This document shows, in pieces, positions 8,113-14,936 of a stretch of DNA of 41,325 bases. Source of the DNA: a virus (lineage: Duplodnaviria > Caudoviricetes); IMG/VR virus record IMGVR_UViG_3300030376_004208, positions 1-41,325 of that record; one strand, 5' to 3'. Position numbers and translations under genes: made by a program. Each line of letters begins with the position of its first letter. Position 1 is the stretch's first letter. The notes under the pieces were generated by a model. It saw only the letters and a program-made list of their open reading frames with translations. It was not told the DNA's origin and searched no databases.

Positions 8113-8544
8113 TTACTTATCTAAGGTTTTAAGCCTTGGTCCTTTATAGTCTCCTCTTTTGATCATTGCTGCTTTTAAATAGAATGCTAGATCTAAAGCT
8201 TCTTCATATGCCTCTTGCAGCCAATCTCTAGGATCATTCATAATCATGTCTAGATCTATATCAGCTTTGTTTTGATGATGTGCTCCGTTATTTAGCCTGG
8301 CTAAGATGTCCCCCTTAATTGCATTGCTAATGTTTTCATTGCCTGGAGTAGCCATCCTATTCCTTCTGGAATTCATATCCTCATAGGCTTCTATTACTTT
8401 ATTTGCTTCTTCATTTGTAAGCTCATGATCCTCCATTAGTATCCTTGTTAACGAGCCACTAAATCCTTCGCTCATTAGATAATCGATTGTATCGAAATGC
8501 TCTTCACATAAATGGTCCATAATTATATCTCCTTCTGTTATCAT
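8113..8544 (-). CDS. Hypothetical protein with a MazG-like (all-alpha NTP pyrophosphatase) C-terminal motif
   Basis: DWLQEAYEEALDLAFYL resembles the ExxEExxD helix. Confidence 0.5.
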   Translation of the reverse strand: MITEGDIIMDHLCEEHFDTIDYLMSEGFSGSLTRILMEDHELTNEEANKVIEAYEDMNSRRNRMATPGNENISNAIKGDILARLNNGAHHQNKADIDLDMIMNDPRDWLQEAYEEALDLAFYLKAAMIKRGDYKGPRLKTLDK

Positions 8545-8552
8545 TTTATATG

Positions 8553-8954
8553 TTATTCAAATTCTGGGTATCTCATATATTGATAGAAAAAATGTCTAAG
8601 TTTATCTTGGTTGTTTGCAGCAGTGTACAATGCCAGGTTAATACTTTGTGGTGCTCCCATATCTTGGTAAGGTAAATAAGCAACTCCTACTGGCTCATAA
8701 ACTATTGCCATAACATCTACTCTTTTAGATGTAGGATGCTTTTTACCAAACCTAACCTCTATTGATGTCTTCGTTTTTGCTTTATAGACATACTTTACAT
8801 TTACTGTTTGAAATACTTTAGGCCTAACCTCAACCACGAGATCTATTTCATCATCGTCTACTTCAGGTGAGTAAATATTATAGTATTTCAATAAATCAGT
8901 TTTTACGATAAGCTCACCTATTGCCCCTTTTCGAGTAGTATTAAGTTCCATCAC
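8553..8954 (-). CDS. PD-(D/E)XK family endonuclease
   Basis: KGAIGEL...DLVVE...TVNVK motif. Confidence 0.7.
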   Translation of the reverse strand: MMELNTTRKGAIGELIVKTDLLKYYNIYSPEVDDDEIDLVVEVRPKVFQTVNVKYVYKAKTKTSIEVRFGKKHPTSKRVDVMAIVYEPVGVAYLPYQDMGAPQSINLALYTAANNQDKLRHFFYQYMRYPEFE

Positions 8955-9175
8955 TTATACTTTTTTTGAGGCTTATCAAGATTAAATAGTGCAGCTACAG
9001 AATTAATAGCTCTTAAGTTTCCTACTTTACCTTTATTCCACTTTTGACAAATTTCAACAATAGCTTTAACACTCTGAAATAACTGATCATACTTTGTGTT
9101 AAATTCCTTGTTCATCTTTTCTTGAGCTTCTAGATGTTTTACTACTTGATTATAATATTTCTTACTTACGAACAT
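8951..9175 (-). CDS. Hypothetical protein (74 aa)
   Basis: Overlaps both neighbours. Confidence 0.6.
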   Translation of the reverse strand: MFVSKKYYNQVVKHLEAQEKMNKEFNTKYDQLFQSVKAIVEICQKWNKGKVGNLRAINSVAALFNLDKPQKKYK

Positions 9176-9647
9176 GCTTACTAATCTCCTTACCTATAGT
9201 CTTTAGCCATTCAGTTTCTACCAGGGTAATTACTTCACCTTTTCTACGACTATATAGCCGATATTGAGCTTCTTCTGGCCTAGCCACCCATGTCTTCTCA
9301 ATCTTAGTTGATAGCCATTCCTGAAGCGTTTTTATCTGGACCAAGATCCATGACTCTGGCATCTCAAAGGCTACTATATCAGCGTGGGATCCATAGACCC
9401 AACCTTTACCATCTCCATATGCACTGCTGATCTCAATCCAATGCCATTCAGGATTGGGGGTATTGTGATTCCTATTTAACTTTTTCATAGCTTTAACATC
9501 GACCTTCACAGATAATTGTAGGTCCCAGTGTTCTTTGCTATCGTATACTGGTGGTGATCTATGAACTGTAAAACCAGCAGACTCTGATAGAGATTTAAAT
9601 GCTAGTTCTGCTTTGTATCCGTCTATTGCTGTTTTCTGTAATTTCAT
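9162..9647 (-). CDS. Restriction-endonuclease-like PD-(D/E)XK protein
   Basis: G-x-x-AE...HWD...KVDVK...WIE...GW motif. Confidence 0.65.
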   Translation of the reverse strand: MKLQKTAIDGYKAELAFKSLSESAGFTVHRSPPVYDSKEHWDLQLSVKVDVKAMKKLNRNHNTPNPEWHWIEISSAYGDGKGWVYGSHADIVAFEMPESWILVQIKTLQEWLSTKIEKTWVARPEEAQYRLYSRRKGEVITLVETEWLKTIGKEISKHVRK

Positions 9648-9679
9648 TAGTATGTGGTCCTTTGTTAATTAAATTTTTT

Positions 9680-9707
9680 GCCCCTCTTAACGCCAATCAA
9701 GAGGGGC
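9680..9707. other. Intergenic stem-loop
   Basis: GCCCCTCTT-10 nt-AAGAGGGGC perfect 9-bp stem downstream of ssb; followed by A, not U, on the coding strand. Confidence 0.55.
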
Positions 9708-9739
9708 CAGGTATGTCAACCTTCTCTTTTCATTTTTGC

Positions 9740-10078
9740 CTAAAAGGGCAAATCGTCTTGGGGTGCAGCAGCTTGTTGATGCTGTTGCTGCTGTGGCGGC
9801 TGCTGTTGAGGTTGACTACCACCTTGCTGTTTTACCATTTCAGGATCATAAAGACTTACTCTAGTGTAAGCTGTTTTCCCTTGTGGTGCTTTAGGGTACA
9901 AGCGACCCTTCCAGATCTTACCATTCACATTAATAGTGATATTCCCAGAGAAGTTATTAGAGTCCTCTGGATCACCTTGTGGATTGTAGTCTGGGTTTTT
10001 GAATATAGATCCTGATCCAGGCTTGTGTTCAAATTTGCCACCAGCTTTTGGAAAAGGACTATTGTTTTGAAATGCCAT
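9740..10078 (-). CDS. Single-stranded DNA-binding protein (small OB-like)
   Basis: Q-rich linker and acidic C-terminal tail DDLPF; follows the exonuclease. Confidence 0.7.
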   Translation of the reverse strand: MAFQNNSPFPKAGGKFEHKPGSGSIFKNPDYNPQGDPEDSNNFSGNITINVNGKIWKGRLYPKAPQGKTAYTRVSLYDPEMVKQQGGSQPQQQPPQQQQHQQAAAPQDDLPF

Positions 10079-10100
10079 ATATATGGTTCTCCTTCGTTAT

Positions 10101-11042
10101 TTAGTAAAGTTTAAATGTTTTAGGTGGCTGCGGTTTAAGAGTTGGTGCTACATTGCCTTTTACATTTTGATTTTCTTTGTGCCACAACTTTGATGCTGCC
10201 TTAAAAGACTCGTAATCAAATTTTTGATAAGACAGATCATAGGTAGGATCATTTCTGAACGAGTCCCTTACATATAGTGAAGCAATATAGTCTATCTTAA
10301 GTCCTGGATGATCTAGCTCCCAACCTACCTTATATGCACTGTTTTGTATCCCATGAGTCCAATATTTTTGGCCAGTCTTAAGGTCCACTAAAACTAGTGA
10401 TTCTTTCTTTGCTGCCTTTGTCTTCTTCATCTTTACAATCATATCTAATCGCCCAGCTAACTTTATATCAGGCTGATAGATAGGATATTCAATTGCTACA
10501 ACTGTAGGCTCATGCTCAATCCAGAATTGCTGAAAGGACCATAAGTATCTACGAATAGAATGCATGTAACTATGAATATTCTTATAGGACCACCTCCAGT
10601 CTTTATTAGTATCATTCATAATATATTCTTGGATATCATTTTCAGTGACTTCTTCACCTCGGCACATTCTTTCTAAAGCTAAGAAGTGCACATGAGATCC
10701 CTTTACTGCCTTAGCATCTCTCTCTCTAGGAGCTAGGTGGCCATAATTTCTATTCCAGGTATTAAAGCCAAAACCCTTATGTATAGATCCTAGCTGCGTA
10801 GTAACTGATGGGACCCAAGAATCAGTCTCCTGATCATCACCTTCTAAAAAATAAAATCGACCATTAGCAAGGTCCCTATTATAAATTTGAAAATCAGGCT
10901 GTAGTATTTCTTTTGGTTCTTCTTTAATAGGATCAGGAGTGGTTTCATTTTTAACCTCATACCCTTCTTTTTCTAAAAGTTTTTTAGCTTCGTCTAAGCT
11001 CATTGTATTTGTAACTGGCTGCTGTTCCATTGGTTGGGGCAT
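10101..11042 (-). CDS. PD-(D/E)XK exonuclease (lambda-exo/Cas4-like)
   Basis: PSVTT, KGSHVH, AGRLD, VDLKTG, Q-x-x-AY. Start moved from 11111 to the ATG at 11042, which follows SD AAAGGAG. Confidence 0.85.
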   Translation of the reverse strand: MPQPMEQQPVTNTMSLDEAKKLLEKEGYEVKNETTPDPIKEEPKEILQPDFQIYNRDLANGRFYFLEGDDQETDSWVPSVTTQLGSIHKGFGFNTWNRNYGHLAPRERDAKAVKGSHVHFLALERMCRGEEVTENDIQEYIMNDTNKDWRWSYKNIHSYMHSIRRYLWSFQQFWIEHEPTVVAIEYPIYQPDIKLAGRLDMIVKMKKTKAAKKESLVLVDLKTGQKYWTHGIQNSAYKVGWELDHPGLKIDYIASLYVRDSFRNDPTYDLSYQKFDYESFKAASKLWHKENQNVKGNVAPTLKPQPPKTFKLY

Positions 11043-11081
11043 ATCAATCTCCTTTATTATTGATCCTAATGTTTTCAAATT

Positions 11082-11149
11082 AAACAACCCCCTACACCAG
11101 TATATACACACACAAGAAGGAAGGGGAATGCGGTGGTTCGGGGGTTGTT
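11082..11149. other. Long intergenic hairpin (possible structured RNA)
   Basis: AACAACCCCC ... GGGGGTTGTT terminal 10-bp stem with an inner CACC/GGTG stem. Confidence 0.5.
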
Positions 11150-11151
11150 AT

Positions 11152-11409
11152 TTATTTGCATTTATTACACTGCTCTCTGGTTTTACCTAATGATGGAAAA
11201 TCTTCATAGTATATAGTATGTTTATTATCGCTATCAGCTCTACTTCCATGTTCCCACACATTTTTACAAGTAACGCAATACCTAAGATATAAATCTGAAT
11301 CTCTAGCATATGCTCTGGCTTTACCTTCTTTTCTATTTAGGTTAGGGGCCATATTTAGAAAAGCTTCTATAATGTTTTCTGGCTTGTCATTATTTTTCAT
11401 AGGCAGCAC
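11152..11409 (-). CDS. Zn-finger protein
   Basis: [10 protein letters not shown]...CNKC. Confidence 0.7.
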   Translation of the reverse strand: MLPMKNNDKPENIIEAFLNMAPNLNRKEGKARAYARDSDLYLRYCVTCKNVWEHGSRADSDNKHTIYYEDFPSLGKTREQCNKCK

Positions 11410-11579
11410 TTCTTATATTTTTTTTGAGAACCACAAGGACATGGTTCGTTCCTACCAATTTTTTTTGTGGTTCTTTTGAAAGTAGTATAGCTCTTGAGGA
11501 ACTTAAAGTATGGTCCCCAGCCGCCTTTCTTACGAATAAACTCACCATCGTGGTCTGGATGCTTAAATCCATCTTTCAA
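11397..11579 (-). CDS. Small SEC-C motif protein
   Basis: C-terminal [20 protein letters not shown], a canonical SEC-C metal-binding motif; TTG start right after the upstream stop. Confidence 0.8.
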   Translation of the reverse strand: MKDGFKHPDHDGEFIRKKGGWGPYFKFLKSYTTFKRTTKKIGRNEPCPCGSQKKYKKCCL

Positions 11580-11753
11580 TTAAATTACGCTGGACTCTAT
11601 ATAATGATCTAAATCTGCTTTGTCAATTCTATGGGATCGATAACCGAATTTGTATACTTTAAGTTGCTCGGTTCTAATCAAATGTCTAATATGATCTACC
11701 GACATACTGATGTGTTTTGCTGCTTCTTGAATAGTAATTAATTGTGCTGCCAT
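11580..11753 (-). CDS. Excisionase/Cox-like winged-HTH protein (57 aa)
   Basis: MAAQLITIQEAAKHISMSVDHIRHLIRTEQLKVYKFGYRSHRIDKADLDHYIESSVI fits the HTH_17/Xis pattern; SD AAGAAGGA; divergent from the repressor. Not in the ORF track. Confidence 0.85.
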   Translation of the reverse strand: MAAQLITIQEAAKHISMSVDHIRHLIRTEQLKVYKFGYRSHRIDKADLDHYIESSVI

Positions 11754-11941
11754 AAAAATTCCTTCTTTGTATGTTTTGTGTGATTTTGTATAACTATTAT
11801 AATATATATAAAACTATTTATACAATAATAAACTATCATAGAACTACATACATTAGCATATTTATACCTATATTAGCATATATAAACAAATGATGAATTT
11901 GTTTGTAAAACACACATACCAAAAAAAAAGAGGAGTTTTTT
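11754..11941. promoter_or_regulatory. Lysis-lysogeny switch region (divergent promoters/operators)
   Basis: AT-rich gap between divergent xis/cox and repressor; repeated AACTA(T/C) boxes and ATTAGCATAT twice (11852, 11872). Confidence 0.7.
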
Positions 11942-12721
11942 ATGACTATTAATATAGGCGATATAATTCGCAAAGTGAGGTTAAAGGCTGGTTTAACTCA
12001 AGAAGAGTTAGCCAATAAATTGGGTGTGTCTGCTATGTCTATACATACTTATGAACACAGTAAACGCAATCCATCCACTAGAGTTCTTAGTAGATTAATA
12101 AAAGAATACCCTGAAGTTGAACAATCAGTTTATAGTACAAACAAACTAGATGATGAGCCAAAAAAAGAAAGGAAAAAAGAAATCGTGAATACTAATATTT
12201 ATGAAGATCATATTGCATTACAGAAAGATAAAATAATTAACCTAGAGAAAGAAAATTTAAGATTAAAAGAATCTTTAAATCTTAAAACTCCAGAGTCATC
12301 ACATTGGGATGATTTGAAATTTCATTACCAAACAGAAGTTGAATTACATTGGATATCTTTTGGAGTATTAGGTAGAACTATATTGAGCGTTAACAACTTA
12401 AGAACACAATCTGAAATACTTGGTTATTCTGAAAGACAGTTAAAAGCTATGTGGGATGTTGGCACTAAATATCCCGATATGAGCAAACACCCTATTGATG
12501 GCATACTACACCAAGATAGTAAAGATGAGCTTCAAAATATTGCAAAAACACTACCAACTGTATTTGGTGCTATTAAAGATATGATTGGTAATCATTATAT
12601 ACCAACTAAGCTAATGTATAAGTGTAAGGATGGTGGCTTTGTAGGTGCTATTTCTTATAATAAAATTGATTGGAGATCTCAAAGAGTTCATTCTAAAATA
12701 GCTTTTTTAATTGAAGAATAA
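11942..12721 (+). CDS. XRE-family HTH repressor with coiled coil and PAS-like C-terminal domain
   Basis: N-terminal IRKVRLKAGLTQEELANKLGVS...YE...RNP HTH; C-terminal ILSVN...EILGYSERQL, ILHQDS, YKCKDGGFV PAS/PAC-like motifs; no S24 motif. Confidence 0.8.
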   Translation: MTINIGDIIRKVRLKAGLTQEELANKLGVSAMSIHTYEHSKRNPSTRVLSRLIKEYPEVEQSVYSTNKLDDEPKKERKKEIVNTNIYEDHIALQKDKIINLEKENLRLKESLNLKTPESSHWDDLKFHYQTEVELHWISFGVLGRTILSVNNLRTQSEILGYSERQLKAMWDVGTKYPDMSKHPIDGILHQDSKDELQNIAKTLPTVFGAIKDMIGNHYIPTKLMYKCKDGGFVGAISYNKIDWRSQRVHSKIAFLIEE

Positions 12722-12730
12722 GAAATTATT

Positions 12731-12753
12731 TTGCCACTATATTGCCACTATTT
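12731..12753 (+). repeat. Integrase arm-type site, left of the attP core
   Basis: TTGCCACTATATTGCCACTATTT, a tandem TTGCCACTAT; identical to 12918-12940. Confidence 0.85.
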
Positions 12754-12820
12754 ATGACATATTACTGCATACAATGGCATATTATAAAATAGAACAGTTT
12801 ACTGTTTGTCGAGGGGAAAG

Positions 12821-12866
12821 TGGTGGGCGATGAGGGATTCGAACTCTCGACCTCTACGATGTCACG
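12821..12866 (-). mobile_element. attP: attP core: 3' half of tRNA-Val(GAC)
   Basis: Minus strand CGTGACATCGTAGAGGTCGAGAGTTCGAATCCCTCATCGCCCACCA: anticodon loop with GAC, TTCGAAT T-loop, CCA end; 5' half absent; flanked by arm repeats. Confidence 0.85.
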
Positions 12867-12917
12867 ACAGTGACTATCATCGCTTTGTCGAGGATCTTTT
12901 GAAAATTGTTAAAATCA

Positions 12918-12940
12918 TTGCCACTATATTGCCACTATTT
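12918..12940 (+). repeat. Integrase arm-type site, right of the attP core
   Basis: Identical 23-mer to 12731-12753. Confidence 0.85.
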
Positions 12941-12982
12941 TTTCCATAGAACTACATAGAATCTAATACATTTTTAATACAT

Positions 12983-13015
12983 GGGGGGAGCGGAGAACAG
13001 CAAACCTCTCCCCCC
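12983..13015 (-). terminator. Putative terminator of the late/lysis operon
   Basis: GGGGGGAG...CTCCCCCC stem just after the endolysin stop; weak U tract. Confidence 0.55.
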
Positions 13016-13023
13016 TGGGATCC

Positions 13024-13509
13024 CTAAAGATACTTTGAAACTTGATCTATATATTCTTCTGGATCACCAGCACCAAGCTCAGTGTTATACCACTGCTTCC
13101 AATATTTTGCCTGACCTTCTAATGTTTTTGGGATGGGATGTGGGACCCTATAATATTTAATTCTAGCATGAACTATTCCAGCAGCTAAATTAGTTCTTAA
13201 TAGAAAGTTCCATTCATTCTTAGTTCCCTTTGCCCAATACCTTAATGGGACATAGGTAGCACTTACACAACTACTTAGCGTTTTTGGCCTAAATCTGAGC
13301 CAATTAGTATTATTATCTAATGCTGTATCGCTTTCTATTTGCCAAAAGCCATTAGCTGGACCATCACCTAATTGTTTAATATATTTAAATCTAGATTCTA
13401 TAATAGCAGTGCCGATCAGCAGATCTATAGCATCGCTACTAGCGTACTTAGGACCAAGCTTAGTTAGGGTCCTTAATGTAAGGTCCCTGATCTGTGAAAT
13501 ATCAATCAA
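13024..13509 (-). CDS. Endolysin, lysozyme/transglycosylase-like
   Basis: AIIES catalytic Glu, GPANGFWQIE, YWKQWYN; last gene of the late operon, after membrane proteins. Confidence 0.7.
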   Translation of the reverse strand: MIDISQIRDLTLRTLTKLGPKYASSDAIDLLIGTAIIESRFKYIKQLGDGPANGFWQIESDTALDNNTNWLRFRPKTLSSCVSATYVPLRYWAKGTKNEWNFLLRTNLAAGIVHARIKYYRVPHPIPKTLEGQAKYWKQWYNTELGAGDPEEYIDQVSKYL

Positions 13510-13743
13510 TTAGAACTTCCAGATTAATCGACCTAGACTAACGATGACATCCATGCATTCTTTTGCTATAGCTTGTTTCTCAGACTTGCTGATTGAACCA
13601 TCTTTTTTTGCATCGTGGTATTTTTGTGCAACATCTTTAACCTCTTTTATAAGCGGCCTATAACGAACTGCGGCCATTGTCCCTGCTGCCCCTAATATTA
13701 TAACAAGCATATATGCTCCGTTACTTAATGATAACCATTCCAT
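13510..13743 (-). CDS. Holin-like membrane protein
   Basis: N-terminal TM (AYMLVIILGAAGTMAAV); directly upstream of the endolysin. Confidence 0.5.
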   Translation of the reverse strand: MEWLSLSNGAYMLVIILGAAGTMAAVRYRPLIKEVKDVAQKYHDAKKDGSISKSEKQAIAKECMDVIVSLGRLIWKF

Positions 13744-13745
13744 AT

Positions 13746-14081
13746 TTAATGTCTCCCATTTATTCTATTTATGTTTCCTTTTATTTCAGCTAAATCTGCT
13801 GTGAGATCAGAGATCTCCTTTATTAAATCTTCGTGTCTCCTGGACCTTTCATCTGTAGCTTGTTCTGACTCTCGTTGGATCCGATCCAAAAGCTTAAGTA
13901 GTATTCCTTCTACATTTTTTATTGTAGTAGACTGACTAGCATTTTCTTCTACGAGCTCTCTAATGCTCTCAGAAAGTTTATTACCTTGTTTAACCTGGTT
14001 AACTAGCATAAAAACAGCCATAGATCCTACAACTGCAATCATGCCCCCTTCAGCATATAATTCTAAAAATGTTGATTCCAT
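13746..14081 (-). CDS. Holin-like membrane protein with coiled coil
   Basis: TM GGMIAVVGSMAVFMLV followed by heptads. Confidence 0.5.
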   Translation of the reverse strand: MESTFLELYAEGGMIAVVGSMAVFMLVNQVKQGNKLSESIRELVEENASQSTTIKNVEGILLKLLDRIQRESEQATDERSRRHEDLIKEISDLTADLAEIKGNINRINGRH

Positions 14082-14084
14082 TTA

Positions 14085-14183
14085 TTAATCTTTAGGTTTT
14101 AATTTTTTAATTTTTTTCTTTTTCTTTGATTTAATCTTTGATTTAACAGCATTTAAATATGCTGACTTATTTCCAATTGGCAT
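14085..14183 (-). CDS. Lysine-rich micro-peptide (32 aa)
   Basis: MPIGNKSAYLNAVKSKIKSKKKKKIKKLKPKD; TAATG overlap with the upstream stop; fills the gap exactly. Confidence 0.55.
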   Translation of the reverse strand: MPIGNKSAYLNAVKSKIKSKKKKKIKKLKPKD

Positions 14184-14425
14184 TACATACTCCCTATTTT
14201 TTTAAATACAGATACTAACCCAGCCAGGATCACTCCAGCGAAATATGCTGTAGCTTTGGTCCAGGTTTTTGCTTTTGAGATATCAGTCTCTAAAGCACTT
14301 AAACGAGATCTATCTCGCTTCAAATTTTCTACATCATGCCTGAGAAGGTGAACCTCTACCCATAATTGGGAACGATAATCACTCACCTTCTCAGGTAATG
14401 GCGGTATTTTAAGTCCGTTAGCCAC
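14183..14425 (-). CDS. Coiled-coil protein with C-terminal TM (XhlA-like topology)
   Basis: RLSALETDI followed by TM ATAYFAGVILAGLVSVF. Confidence 0.6.
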   Translation of the reverse strand: MANGLKIPPLPEKVSDYRSQLWVEVHLLRHDVENLKRDRSRLSALETDISKAKTWTKATAYFAGVILAGLVSVFKKIGSM

Positions 14426-14582
14426 TTTTCTTAGACTTAGAACCTTCTTGCTGCTCTTTGATCATTCCATCAACAACAGCAATAGCACCAGCGATCTGGT
14501 GAAAAGTAGCCTCAGTTTGTTTCTGCTGCTCTTTTAGTTCCTCTAGCTTTTTTTCCAAATCTAATATGGATTCTTTAGCCAT
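14418..14582 (-). CDS. Small coiled-coil protein (54 aa)
   Basis: SD AAGGAG; MAKESILDLEKKLEELKEQQKQTEATFHQIAGAIAVVDGMI...; not in the ORF track. Confidence 0.7.
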   Translation of the reverse strand: MAKESILDLEKKLEELKEQQKQTEATFHQIAGAIAVVDGMIKEQQEGSKSKKSG

Positions 14583-14612
14583 GGTTTGTTCTCCTTATTT
14601 TAGGGTTATTAT

Positions 14613-14936
14613 TTAAAGTGCTTTTAAGTCTTTTTCTAGTAATTCCATGTCATCTAATTCACTTTGCATATTTGAAATTCTAGACTTCATACTAACAATA
14701 TCATTAGCTATCATGCTTAATTCGCAAGTCATTACTAAATCATCCATTGCTTTACCAGTAGATCCATCAAATTGCTTTTTAACTAACTGTAATTCATTTT
14801 GTGATTCTTCAGCTATTGCTTGTCTTACTACTTTGCCATCGTCATCTTTGACTTCAGACACAGCTTCTCTAGTAACAACTTTAGCTTTCTTTACAGACCA
14901 ACTTTTAGCATCTTTCATTGCTTTATAGTTTCTCAT
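14613..14936 (-). CDS. Hypothetical protein (possible tail-fibre assembly factor)
   Basis: Abuts the tail-fibre stop codon. Confidence 0.6.
   Translation of the reverse strand: MRNYKAMKDAKSWSVKKAKVVTREAVSEVKDDDGKVVRQAIAEESQNELQLVKKQFDGSTGKAMDDLVMTCELSMIANDIVSMKSRISNMQSELDDMELLEKDLKAL

Noticed and set aside
9680-9707. Intrinsic terminator after ssb
   Set aside because: The stem is followed by A's on the coding strand; kept only as an unexplained stem-loop.
9760-9830. CAG/CAA-rich repeat
   Set aside because: Simply encodes the Gln-rich linker before the SSB acidic tail.
10101-11111. Cas4/CRISPR association and the 336-aa start
   Set aside because: No Fe-S cysteine set, array or other cas genes; the longer start runs through an intergenic hairpin, while ATG 11042 has a strong SD.
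12821-12900. Complete tRNA gene
   Set aside because: The 5' anticodon-stem strand, D-arm and 5' acceptor strand are absent; it is an att core.
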